The notes under the pieces: model-generated
The model's input: the letters and a program-made list of their open reading frames with translations, nothing else
What the model was told of the DNA's origin: nothing
The model's database searches: none
From: Candidatus Thorarchaeota archaeon
Lineage (GTDB): Archaea; Asgardarchaeota; Thorarchaeia; Thorarchaeales; Thorarchaeaceae
Direction: 5' to 3'
NCBI GenBank assembly: GCA_048882325.1
Contig: JBHLRS010000008.1
Location: forward strand, 34,056-98,055
Length of the DNA stretch: 64,000 nucleotides
Shown here: in pieces, positions 20,010 through 29,856 of the stretch
How the letters are laid out: every line of letters starts with the position of its first letter
How positions within the stretch are numbered: position 1 is the first letter of the stretch
Translations under genes and position numbers: made by a program

Positions 20010-21746
20010 CTACTCTACGTAGACTTGTCGGACCTCCCTGATAACAAGACCAGGTAGGTCCTTTGCGGACTTTATAGGATACACGTTGGCTCCAACATCC
20101 TCAAGCGCTCTTTGTGTCTTCGTCTTCCGCTTTGAACTTCCTCCTATATGGAACAAGAACAGTTTGTGACCTCTATTGGTCAATAAACGGATGGACTCGA
20201 CAAACTTATCCCAATTTGCTATCTCCGCGTCGGTCATCATAAGAACCATGACTTTTGATTCCGCGTTCTCGCAAGCACTTTCTATCTTCTTGATTGGAGC
20301 GACCGTACCACCACCCTGATAGGCAAGTAGAATATGTTCAACCTCAAACTTAGATTTCGACCATTTACTTGACCGACTTCCACTTGAGAAGTTAATCGCA
20401 GCTACTCTAGAACCTCGTCGCAGAGCTACTTCCATAGCAGCAAAAGCAGCCACCAATGCAGTATGATATGGACCCCTCATCGTCTTGGATGTCATCCCCC
20501 ATGTCATCGACCCACTTGAATCAATCACTAATAGCATGTCAGGTAGTGACTTGGAATGCTCAAGTCCCTCTGAACTCATCTTCAGCCACTTGCGAGTTGA
20601 AAGATTGGGTATGAGAACCGGGAATGCTTGAAGTGATTGAACAATGTCCAACTCTTCGATGGGGTCGCCCATTCTCCAGACCAGTGGAGTGAGAGGAGCC
20701 AAGCCTGCGAACGTTCGCGCCTGCACCTCAATCCGAAGCATATCTTTTGCCTTTGCGCGATACCAGAAGCGTATCCATGATTCTCGAGGATCACCATATC
20801 CTGCGGTGAGATACACTCCCTCTAGATCTTGGAGATCTCCACCACGTTGCTCGACCTCAGCGGCCAATTCCTCCATTTCAGCTTCTAGATCAGAATGCGA
20901 GTCTTTCTTTAGACATCTTCGGGCCATGTCACCGTTTCTAACCTCAATTGGACTACCTATGACCGTATCGACATCTAGAGGAACCATAATCGTGGTTACC
21001 TCGCCACCAGCTTCACTCCCAGCTTCCTTTCCTTTTGTCTGTCTGCCAATTCCAGGTAACTGTTCATCTTCATCTTGGGGAAACCAATCTGCTATTATCT
21101 CAGCGATCTTCTCACAGGCCCTAGGCCATCGTTTCTCAACATCAATGGATTTCCGTGCCACGTCAGCTATAGAAGCCGCAGCTTCAGATGTTCGTTGGTC
21201 TATTTTCACTCTTGCTGGAAGGGGAAATCCCCACATCGCCCGATATATAGCAACAATAAGGTTCCAAAGCGGGCTATGGTTACGAACTCTCATCGCTGAG
21301 TCATGGATGGAATCATTGATTCTGCTATGTGTTAGTGTAGGATATCGTTTCAAGAGCTTCGAGTCGACCACCAAATCAGCGTAAAGATTGCATACAAACA
21401 TTGCCGTTGCATCATTCACCTTCTTTCGTGCTGCAGCAAACATCATCCCATTTGTGACCCCATCATAAGGACAAAGAAGATAGTGCTGAATCTCATGATG
21501 ACATACTGAGCGAAGATATGGCTCAGCCTCATTCGCATCCATGTGCAGTGGTACACCCGCAGTGTTGAGGTGGACCGTCCAGTTGCTGGAATCAATGTAG
21601 AAAAAGCTCGCTGCCTCAGCAACATTCTCTATCTCCGGCTCTGGAAGCGGAGGGTGATAAAAATCGATGAGCGCCTGACCCCATGCGCGCAGAGCAACCT
21701 CGATGAGGCTCTGTCCATGGGATGTTCCAGAAGTCGCTCGTGACAC
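20010..21746 (-). CDS. VWA-domain protein with N-terminal HExxH metallopeptidase-like domain
   Basis: HHEIQH; MIDAS VIDSSGSM, GGT, MTD. Confidence 0.85.
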   Translation of the reverse strand: MSRATSGTSHGQSLIEVALRAWGQALIDFYHPPLPEPEIENVAEAASFFYIDSSNWTVHLNTAGVPLHMDANEAEPYLRSVCHHEIQHYLLCPYDGVTNGMMFAAARKKVNDATAMFVCNLYADLVVDSKLLKRYPTLTHSRINDSIHDSAMRVRNHSPLWNLIVAIYRAMWGFPLPARVKIDQRTSEAAASIADVARKSIDVEKRWPRACEKIAEIIADWFPQDEDEQLPGIGRQTKGKEAGSEAGGEVTTIMVPLDVDTVIGSPIEVRNGDMARRCLKKDSHSDLEAEMEELAAEVEQRGGDLQDLEGVYLTAGYGDPRESWIRFWYRAKAKDMLRIEVQARTFAGLAPLTPLVWRMGDPIEELDIVQSLQAFPVLIPNLSTRKWLKMSSEGLEHSKSLPDMLLVIDSSGSMTWGMTSKTMRGPYHTALVAAFAAMEVALRRGSRVAAINFSSGSRSSKWSKSKFEVEHILLAYQGGGTVAPIKKIESACENAESKVMVLMMTDAEIANWDKFVESIRLLTNRGHKLFLFHIGGSSKRKTKTQRALEDVGANVYPIKSAKDLPGLVIREVRQVYVE

Positions 21747-21752
21747 AGCATA

Positions 21753-23471
21753 TCAGTCTCCTATATGTTGTTCAATTTCTTTCTTCAAGTTGAGTGCATC
21801 AGTACCTCCAGATATCTCTAAGAATACAGAGGAGTCAGGGGAGTCACCTGTTGTATAAATGACCACCGTGAGACCGTCAGTTCTCACAATCTTTCTTTTC
21901 GGAGGTGACAGGGTTTCCTTCAGGATGCTTGTCAACTTAGGATACTGGAGACTAATCACAGTCCAAAGGTCTTGCCACTGCTCAAAGGTAATAGAAAATT
22001 GTGTCAGTGTTAGTCTATGCAGAGCATCTGAAACTTGCTTCAACAGCATACTCCTATTTGGAAATTCTGTGTTCACCAACAGTTCATCATAAATATCTGT
22101 GAGCTGTTCGACATTTCTATCCTTGATGCCTTTCTCGATGTTCTTCACAGTCTTTGTGTAGCCTGATTTTCTCAGTTCCTTAGCAAAGGATGTGTAATCA
22201 AGACGAACCAACAAATCACTCTTAGCCATCTCCTTGAGTTCATCCATTCCATCCTTTGACTCCTGGCCTAACTTCAACTTCTCTAGAATGGCTATTGCAG
22301 GAGTGCGTTGGGCGAATCTGGATGAGGCCAGCTCAACAAGATGTTTCGTATAGGCATAGATATCACCAAAAAATGGCGAACGTTCAAGCTCATCACGGGT
22401 CAGTCTAGTTCGGTGCCAGAAAACAAGCGGTGCTAAGGACTTGACAATCTCAACACTAACCTCCTGAGCACCCACTAGCCATGCAGCAGCTTTGGAGTAT
22501 CTATTGAGGTCCTTCGCAGCTCGGACGCTCAGGGGAATTATCACCTTGTTACATACACTCTTGCCCGTATTGAAATGACAGCCATCGCACAGACCAGTTT
22601 CTACTGTCAGACCGGAAGACTGGCTCTTATCGGCACGGATACACGCTCCAAACTCTCGAACCAATGATCGCATGAACTCTGATGCCTCTGTTGAAACATG
22701 AACCTTGTCCGCCAAATTCCAGATTGTCAATAAGTTCTCTTCTGTGAGCATTGCAGGAACCTGCCAGAGCTCGTCAAAACCAAAGAGTCGTTCATCGCGA
22801 GCTGCAAGAATAAGTTCCAAGTCATTTACAGTAGGCATTGTGATAGGTACAGCAAGTCCAAACCGGTCAAGGAATGGAGGTCCCATATCAAAGGTGCCTG
22901 CATCAGCAGGGTTCAGTGTTGCATAGAGACAGTATTCCTCACACCTTTTAATCTCATCGTAGTACTTTACCTCTCCCTCAGCCAATAATGAGAGCAGGAT
23001 GTTTTGAGCATGCGGAGTGAGTCGGTTAACCTCGTCAATTATCTTCCAGAAGTCGGTGACGAAACGACGCCAGACAACAACCTCAATCCCATCTTTCATG
23101 AGTGGACCAGGTTTTAATGTTGCCACCATTTTCTCTTCTGTAAGTTGCGGATGTCCTCGTAGAATGCCGTCCTCGATATCATCAAGTTTCTTTCCTGTCA
23201 TCATTCTTCCTAACAACTTCACAAGTGTAGTTTTCCCACCACCATGACCCCCTACTAAGAGCATAGCTGATCTCGGAACAAGAGCATTCAACACGCATGA
23301 ACCTACAATCAAAGGGAATCTAGTTGTTTTGATGGACCTCTTCTTTGAGCTTGGATCGTTATACTTGACCTCAAGATCTGACGAGTGGACAAAGAGACCC
23401 CTACTTTCAACCGTGGACATCACACTCAATACTAGCTCTCGAAGCTTCTCACTCTGACTCATAAGAACCAC
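21753..23471 (-). CDS. MoxR-family AAA+ ATPase
   Basis: GGHGGGKTT, IIDEVNR, ATLNP, FLDRF; directly upstream of the VWA gene. Confidence 0.85.
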   Translation of the reverse strand: MVLMSQSEKLRELVLSVMSTVESRGLFVHSSDLEVKYNDPSSKKRSIKTTRFPLIVGSCVLNALVPRSAMLLVGGHGGGKTTLVKLLGRMMTGKKLDDIEDGILRGHPQLTEEKMVATLKPGPLMKDGIEVVVWRRFVTDFWKIIDEVNRLTPHAQNILLSLLAEGEVKYYDEIKRCEEYCLYATLNPADAGTFDMGPPFLDRFGLAVPITMPTVNDLELILAARDERLFGFDELWQVPAMLTEENLLTIWNLADKVHVSTEASEFMRSLVREFGACIRADKSQSSGLTVETGLCDGCHFNTGKSVCNKVIIPLSVRAAKDLNRYSKAAAWLVGAQEVSVEIVKSLAPLVFWHRTRLTRDELERSPFFGDIYAYTKHLVELASSRFAQRTPAIAILEKLKLGQESKDGMDELKEMAKSDLLVRLDYTSFAKELRKSGYTKTVKNIEKGIKDRNVEQLTDIYDELLVNTEFPNRSMLLKQVSDALHRLTLTQFSITFEQWQDLWTVISLQYPKLTSILKETLSPPKRKIVRTDGLTVVIYTTGDSPDSSVFLEISGGTDALNLKKEIEQHIGD

Positions 23472-23640
23472 CTACCACGATGTATTGTCAGTCTTAACCG
23501 TTATGAACTTAGCACAGAACGGCGCGAATGTGCGGAAAAGTTGCGAAGAAAGCGTGTAGCAAGGTACAAAAGGAAGACAATAGGCCTATTGGAGCCTCGT
23601 GAAGTGGACATTTGAGGCAAAATAGTTAGGATGGATTTTC

Positions 23641-24627
23641 GTGCAACCACTGATTTTTGAGTTCTCTACAATTGTCTTAATCGCAGTTGGAGTGGGAACT
23701 CTCTCAGCTATGACAGGCATCAGTGGTGGAGCTTTTAAAACACCAATCCTTATCATTTTCTTCTCGGTCACTGCTGAAATTGCAGCTGCGGCATCTTTGT
23801 TGTCTGCTCTGTTCGTATCAATTGTTACAGCACCGGGATATTATCGACAGAATCCTGAACTTATCGAGTTACGAATTGGTTCTCTAGCAGTAATAGCTAC
23901 AATTCCAGGAAGTTATCTGGGTGTTGCATTGCGAACCATCGCGGCTCACGCAAACCTCTTGCATCTGGTCTTTGGGATTATTCTATTTCCGGTTGCTGTG
24001 AAGCTTTTGTTTGCTATGCCAGAAGACAAGGAACATGCTAACGGAAGGAAGAAGTTACGATCTTTTTCTGAACTAAGTCCTGTGCGTCGCGTCGTTTCAA
24101 TCCTAGCTATTTTCCTAGCTGGAGTTTCAGCCGGATTGCTTGGGTTAGGTGGGGGAATTATTATCGTTCCGGTATTTTGCATCATCCTCGAATTCCCAAT
24201 ACTCAAGGCTGCAGCAACATCATTGTATATTATGATTTTTACAACAACTGCAGGTTCGATTATCAATTACTATGTACTGGCCCCAACTGACGGGCTCAGT
24301 ACATTCTTGTATTACGGACTTGCAATGGGACTGGGGATGGTTATTGGAGGTCTTATTGGTACAAAGTATGCTTCTAGGTTAGATGCTGCATGGCTACAAA
24401 GACTCTTTGGATTTCTGCTAATTTTCCCTCTAGTCAAAATGATGCGACTGGGACATATGTGGTTAGATCCCGGTGGTTCAGATTACATTCTTGCTACAAT
24501 TGGAGATGCAATAATCTGGCTATTGCTTGCCATTCCACTCTGGTTATTATCAGACCTTCAGAGAATGTATATTCGAAGGAAGGCTAAAGCCAAAGCAAAT
24601 AGTGATATGACAAGCCCATGTGCATAA
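23641..24627 (+). CDS. TauE/SafE-family membrane protein
   Basis: Repeated GISGG..P and GLGGG..VP, AAATSL, multiple TMs. Confidence 0.85.
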   Translation: MQPLIFEFSTIVLIAVGVGTLSAMTGISGGAFKTPILIIFFSVTAEIAAAASLLSALFVSIVTAPGYYRQNPELIELRIGSLAVIATIPGSYLGVALRTIAAHANLLHLVFGIILFPVAVKLLFAMPEDKEHANGRKKLRSFSELSPVRRVVSILAIFLAGVSAGLLGLGGGIIIVPVFCIILEFPILKAAATSLYIMIFTTTAGSIINYYVLAPTDGLSTFLYYGLAMGLGMVIGGLIGTKYASRLDAAWLQRLFGFLLIFPLVKMMRLGHMWLDPGGSDYILATIGDAIIWLLLAIPLWLLSDLQRMYIRRKAKAKANSDMTSPCA

Positions 24628-24651
24628 TACCGAACGGCGCGGAATTATACC

Positions 24652-25791
24652 TTGTCCGAAGACGTAATATGCCTTCAGACGAACGACCGAAAAGCCAGCA
24701 GTCAGTGGGGAAGAAAGTTGGGTGATAATAAGGAATTCATAGAAACAGTAACCCTCACCACTCCGGAACAGGTTCCAACAGAGAGAGTAAGCCAGTACTC
24801 TGTGGTGACTTTTGCAACTGAATTTCTTCAACGTCTCAGAAGATATGATGTCCTGAAAGTGCAGATGAATGAACGCGGGTTAGAATTTGGAGGAAGAGTT
24901 TTACTGATAGGACCTTCGGGTACTGACTTTGGAGCCTTTCCACACTTTCTTGCGCGGGAGGTACCAGTCAAAATCATCCGTTTCAAAATGGAGGGTTTTT
25001 TTGACGAGAACAAAAGGAGTAATGCTGCACTAAGAGAAGGGTTTGAGTTCGCAAGACGAAACTCACCCGCTTTGCTCTATATAGAGAAACTCGAGGCACT
25101 TGCACCAAGAGATTCAGTGCAGTCAATTGTGTTTCAAGATGAACTCAAGACCACAGGATGGAGTGGGGAAGAAGTGGTGGTGGTCACTGCTACAACACGA
25201 CCTGAAAAGGTTGACAGGGAACTCCTTGCACTGTATGATAGAACCTACATTGTAGAAGGTACAACCATAGACGACCGGATTAGGATTCTTGAACAAGTCC
25301 TGAAAGACCGTGATGACATTGATGTGACGACTATAGCAGAGCTTACTGAGGGATGGGGCTTTTCCGATATAACCCATCTCGCAACAAGTCTCTACATGCA
25401 AGAACCATCAGAGGGTGGTGAGATGCCGCGAGATATGATCGAGGAATTGATTGAACACAGTCGTGTAGGAGCTTTCGGTGATTCCAAGTTCCTTGATTCA
25501 GTCGTAAGAAAGACTAGGGGTACTAAGCAACCTGAAATTAGTAAGTTGAGTGAAGAATATCCGGATGACTTTCTTGATCAGCTGTACTTGATGGCGGTCG
25601 GGGATGATTATTCAGAAACTCAACGTGTGATTGAGGTCCTTAATGAAGGACTACCTCTATCAGCAAAAGACAGGGAGTTTCTTAGTAGGCATCCATTCCT
25701 CTTAACTGGAACCGCAGAGGACAGACTGACGAGGCTCCTTAGAGCAAAGAAAAGCAGCGATAGACTTCATAGGATAATGGGAAGACAGTAG
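24652..25791 (+). CDS. Degenerate (probably inactive) classical AAA+ domain protein; start uncertain
   Basis: GRVLLIGPSGTDFG, ARRNSPALLYIEKLE, ATTRPEKVD, TEGWGFSDI follow the CDC48/FtsH-type AAA layout. Confidence 0.75.
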   Translation: MSEDVICLQTNDRKASSQWGRKLGDNKEFIETVTLTTPEQVPTERVSQYSVVTFATEFLQRLRRYDVLKVQMNERGLEFGGRVLLIGPSGTDFGAFPHFLAREVPVKIIRFKMEGFFDENKRSNAALREGFEFARRNSPALLYIEKLEALAPRDSVQSIVFQDELKTTGWSGEEVVVVTATTRPEKVDRELLALYDRTYIVEGTTIDDRIRILEQVLKDRDDIDVTTIAELTEGWGFSDITHLATSLYMQEPSEGGEMPRDMIEELIEHSRVGAFGDSKFLDSVVRKTRGTKQPEISKLSEEYPDDFLDQLYLMAVGDDYSETQRVIEVLNEGLPLSAKDREFLSRHPFLLTGTAEDRLTRLLRAKKSSDRLHRIMGRQ

Positions 25792-28700
25792 ATGAGTGAA
25801 ACGAAGGTAAATATCGAATCAGTGAGGTTGGGAAATTTCCTGTCCTTCTACGAAGGAACCGTTGAGTTTGACAAAGGGCTCACTGTATTAGCTGGTCCTA
25901 ACGGATCCGGAAAAACCTCAATCTTCCATGCAATGAAATTTGCCCTTGGATCAAACCAGAGAGAGAATCGATACAGCAAATGGAGTGACTTTATCAGACA
26001 TGGAGCGAGCACAGCCGAAGTGGAAATAAGAGTCAGGGTGAACGGTCAGAGTCGCAAATTCCTTAGACGAATTGATAGAGATGGCATCCCACGAGCATAT
26101 ACAGATGGACGCCGTGTCAAGGCTGCAGAACACAAGCAGATGATTAGTGCACTTGGTCTTGAAACTGACAATCCTTTGGTCTTTATGCCTCAAGAAAGAA
26201 TTAATGCTGTTCGAGATATGGACCCATTTGAGGTCAGACGCTTGGTGGAAGAGGGAACGGGCCTTGATATTCTCAGAGATAGAATTGGATTACAAGAAAC
26301 TGAGGTGACCCAGAGTCGACTCAAACTGGAAGCAGCATTGACAGAGTCTAGAACAGTTGAACGAGAACTCGAACTTCTACAACACGATCTCTCTCGGTTA
26401 GAAAAGAAGAGAGCTTTACAAGAACAAGAAAGGGAGCTGGAACAGGAGCTAAAGTGGGCCAGCTTTGATGACCTATCAGAGAGAATTCGGCAGACAAAGG
26501 AGGAGATAGAAACAAAGGAGTCAGGACTTGTTGGCGTTCTTGAAGAGCAAACGACCATTGAAGGACAAATCTCAGAGCAGGAAGAAGTGAGTTCTGAGCT
26601 GGAAAGTAATCTCTCGGGCTTACAGACAGAGATTGGTAGAATTGATGCGAAAATAGAGGAAGAAGAGAAGAATCTCGCGAAACTCAAAGGTGACTCCAGA
26701 CAGCAAGTGGCTGAGCTAAAGCAACTTGAAACTAGTATCAAGTCTGAAAAGAGTAAAGAGGAGAAACTCAAAGAAGATCTGGAACGTGTTTCAGCAGCTA
26801 GGGAGCAGTATATGGACCAGCAGAAGATGCTCCGCGAGGAAATAGCAGAGCTAGAGGACGAGCGAGCGAGAATACGTGATGAACTCGCTGCATTCGCAGA
26901 GTGGAACACAAAAAGAGCAGAGGCACATGGGCACTATAAGGCACTTCAAGTAGAGATTGAGGGCAAAGACCTACTGACGAGAAGCCTTCGTGAAAGACTC
27001 CAGGTTGAGGAGGCTGAACTTCAAGCAATAGAAAGCAAGTGGTCACACGTATGGGATAAGATAGAGGCTACAGATGCCAAAGAGTTGGAGCGAAAGAAAT
27101 CACAACTGGAAAGAGAAATCGCATCTCTCAATGAAGAACGATTCAGAAAGACGAGTCTTGTTGCACAACTACAGAAAGACATTGATGATATTAAGGTCAG
27201 ACTGTCTGAAACTTCAAAGCGCATCCCAGAGTCTGTGAGAAGTCTTAAGGAAGCAGTTTCCGAACACAATCTAGAAACTGTTAGGGGTCCACTGATTAGT
27301 CTCTTCACAGCAAATGATGATATTTCAGCGGCCGTGGAAGGAGTCCTCTCAGGTAATCTTCCACTCGCCTTTGTCACCACAGAGTACTCTGACTACCAGC
27401 TTCTCCTCAAACTTCGCAACAAAGAAGAAGCTCCCGCGCCAGTAATCCTACTGAGAGAAGAGGTGAGCAAAGAGAGACCGGATATACCTCAAGGGGCAGG
27501 TGTTGAGGACTGGTTGTGGGACAGACTCAACGCAGACCCTGATGTTCAGAAGCTTCTAGCAAGGGTGTTTGGAGATTTCATACTAGTCAAGAATTCTCAG
27601 ACAGCATCAAGACTTGCGACAAAACATAATCTTAGAGTTGTTACTCTCGATGGAGCAGTCACAATTCCAGATGATACCCAGGTTGTCAGTCACCCTAAAA
27701 GTGAGCCATCAGGAATGGTTTCAACCGCACCACTTCAAACCAGATTGGCAAAGATGGAGAAGGATCTTACGTTTGAACGAAAGAAAGTCACTGAGATAAT
27801 GACGAAACTTGAAACTCTTTCAAATGAACGTGAGGAAACAATGGACCTGATTAGTCAGATGACACGGTGGGGGTCAACATGGGAGCGACGTCGAAAGCTC
27901 AACGAGAGTATTCCGGAGCTTGAGGAACGAATTGTTTCCATCGATGATGAGCTGAAGACTCTGCAACGCGACTATGGCAAAGCGGAAAGAAACCTAAGAA
28001 AACTCGACAGCACACAACCTCCTGAACGGAGTAGATTGGTGGGACAAGAGGCTGCTATCAGGACAAAACACAGACGTCTTCAGAGTGACCTCAATAAAGT
28101 TGACACAAAGGCCCATGCATCGGAAAAGGACGAGGAACTCAAGCGACAAGAATTGAGGAGAGTCAAAGAGAATATCACTGTCCTGTCAGACAGCCTGACG
28201 GATCTACGTCAGGAGATTAAGGATTCAAAGGATGCAACATCATCAATCCTAGAAAGAATCGAGGTGATGCGTGAGGGTAGAGAAGAAACACACAATAGAC
28301 AGATTCAGATTAAGGAAGAGCTGACCCAGATACGATCAACAACTCGAACATTGAGTGAGCGATTAGTCGAACTGAATCTTCTCATTAAGAACCGTAGACT
28401 CGAAGTACTACAATCGAAAAGGCAACTTTCAAACCTAGAATATGACCTTGAATTGATAGAGCAAGAGCTTCAGGGTAAAAATCGACCAGAGAGTGTTCGA
28501 GCTATTGATCTCGTCAGGAGTGAACTCGTAAAGCTTAGACATATCTTGGATGACTATCAGGATGTTTCTGAAACAGTGGCTCACACAGAGAACCAATTGA
28601 AGGACAGACTAAAGGAACTTGTCGAGCGTGTTGCAGAGCTGGGTGAGGAACTAGATGAGGCTGAGTCTGCTGTACGTAACATCAAGGAGCAGTACCACAA

Positions 28701-29160
28701 TGGAATGAATGAAACACTTCGGAAAGTAGAGAAGGGAGTGAATGAGGTTTTAGGACGAGTCCAGTTTCCAGGGAGTGTTAGATTCGAACTCGCACTGAGA
28801 GATGGCAGGTATGGGGTTGAGTTCAAGTCGAGAATCAAGACTGAGGGTTTTGGTTCAATCAGTGCAGGTTCAGGCGGCGAAAGGTCTCTCATCGCAATCG
28901 GATTAATTTTAGCTCTCCAGGGTTTTAATCCTGCACCAGTGTACGTAATGGATGAGGTTGATACATTTCTAGATGCAACAAACACCGAGCTGGTCAGTCG
29001 ATTATTTCATGATGCGTCACGTCGCAGTCAATTTATCATTCTCACACCTGCAAAGAGTACCCACTTGTTGAAACATGCTGACAAAATCCTTGGGGTTGTT
29101 TCACCTAATGGAGTGGATCCTTCTGTGATTATTGAGAGTCCTAAGTTCAAAGCGCAATAG
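25792..29160 (+). CDS. smc: SMC ATPase, SMC5/6-like
   Basis: GPNGSGKT, DNPLVFMPQERI, two long coiled coils around hinge RGPLISL..AAVEGVL..AFVT, SGGERS, VMDEVDTFLD. Confidence 0.92.
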   Translation: MSETKVNIESVRLGNFLSFYEGTVEFDKGLTVLAGPNGSGKTSIFHAMKFALGSNQRENRYSKWSDFIRHGASTAEVEIRVRVNGQSRKFLRRIDRDGIPRAYTDGRRVKAAEHKQMISALGLETDNPLVFMPQERINAVRDMDPFEVRRLVEEGTGLDILRDRIGLQETEVTQSRLKLEAALTESRTVERELELLQHDLSRLEKKRALQEQERELEQELKWASFDDLSERIRQTKEEIETKESGLVGVLEEQTTIEGQISEQEEVSSELESNLSGLQTEIGRIDAKIEEEEKNLAKLKGDSRQQVAELKQLETSIKSEKSKEEKLKEDLERVSAAREQYMDQQKMLREEIAELEDERARIRDELAAFAEWNTKRAEAHGHYKALQVEIEGKDLLTRSLRERLQVEEAELQAIESKWSHVWDKIEATDAKELERKKSQLEREIASLNEERFRKTSLVAQLQKDIDDIKVRLSETSKRIPESVRSLKEAVSEHNLETVRGPLISLFTANDDISAAVEGVLSGNLPLAFVTTEYSDYQLLLKLRNKEEAPAPVILLREEVSKERPDIPQGAGVEDWLWDRLNADPDVQKLLARVFGDFILVKNSQTASRLATKHNLRVVTLDGAVTIPDDTQVVSHPKSEPSGMVSTAPLQTRLAKMEKDLTFERKKVTEIMTKLETLSNEREETMDLISQMTRWGSTWERRRKLNESIPELEERIVSIDDELKTLQRDYGKAERNLRKLDSTQPPERSRLVGQEAAIRTKHRRLQSDLNKVDTKAHASEKDEELKRQELRRVKENITVLSDSLTDLRQEIKDSKDATSSILERIEVMREGREETHNRQIQIKEELTQIRSTTRTLSERLVELNLLIKNRRLEVLQSKRQLSNLEYDLELIEQELQGKNRPESVRAIDLVRSELVKLRHILDDYQDVSETVAHTENQLKDRLKELVERVAELGEELDEAESAVRNIKEQYHNGMNETLRKVEKGVNEVLGRVQFPGSVRFELALRDGRYGVEFKSRIKTEGFGSISAGSGGERSLIAIGLILALQGFNPAPVYVMDEVDTFLDATNTELVSRLFHDASRRSQFIILTPAKSTHLLKHADKILGVVSPNGVDPSVIIESPKFKAQ

Positions 29161-29173
29161 GAGGCGAGGAATC

Positions 29174-29833
29174 ATGAATGAAACTATGAGCCTTGCTGAA
29201 AGCGTGTTCAATATGGTGCAAGCAGTTCGCGCAGGTGAGATTGATCCGCTGGAAATGCGATTGACTCAGGCATACAAGAACCTCCAGGAACTGGTTGCCA
29301 AGATTGACAGGCGGATTGACATAGACGAGATGTTAAACGAGATTCTTAGTACAAAGGTGGATCGAGTGCAGGAGCTTGCACGTATTCTTGCTGCACCTGA
29401 ACTATATGTCAGCCGACTCAAGGATATCTCAATGAGAAACCTCGCAAAACTCGTGACACCGAAGCAACCTGTCGTTATCGGACATCTTGATCACGAATCA
29501 CTTGATGATGCCCTCAACCGAGTGGTGACATTAATCGATGCAATGCAGAGAGAGCCTCCTGAAGACGAGGTCCCGAAGATAGCAGAACTTCCCAATGGTT
29601 TTACACTCGATACAGAAGACTCCGTGTTTTTAGAGGACCTAGACAGTTTTCTTGCTACAATCCCAAATGGCGACAGAACAGAGTTTGATGACCTTGTGAT
29701 GAATGAAGAGCTCGATCTTTTTCTGAAACATTTCCTTTACGTGGTCATCCTAGTTTCAAAGGGAAGACTGAACTATGACCCAGAAACTCGCGAAGTCTGG
29801 AGACCCTCAGTCTCCGAGATTGATATGACATAA
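29174..29833 (+). CDS. Kleisin (ScpA/Nse4-like)
   Basis: N-term VRAGEIDPLEM (ScpA-like GEIDP), C-term winged helix FDDLV..FLYVVILVSKGRL; 13 nt after smc. Confidence 0.75.
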   Translation: MNETMSLAESVFNMVQAVRAGEIDPLEMRLTQAYKNLQELVAKIDRRIDIDEMLNEILSTKVDRVQELARILAAPELYVSRLKDISMRNLAKLVTPKQPVVIGHLDHESLDDALNRVVTLIDAMQREPPEDEVPKIAELPNGFTLDTEDSVFLEDLDSFLATIPNGDRTEFDDLVMNEELDLFLKHFLYVVILVSKGRLNYDPETREVWRPSVSEIDMT

Positions 29834-29840
29834 AAAAAGG
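29831..29840 (-). terminator. Oligo-T tract after the MFS gene
   Basis: T7 on the minus strand 18 nt after the MFS stop. Confidence 0.4.
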
Positions 29841-29856
29841 AGGTCTGCTTGATTTC

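Noticed and set aside
25789-25794. In-frame TAG-ATG between the AAA gene and smc (pyrrolysine or readthrough fusion)
   Set aside because: SMC starts at its normal N-terminus; the same abutting arrangement occurs with TAA at 18558-18563; no pyl genes in the window
26190-26909. Long antisense ORFs (also 20644-21384, 39943-40362, 14314-14745 and others)
   Set aside because: Shadow frames of well-supported genes, Ser-rich composition
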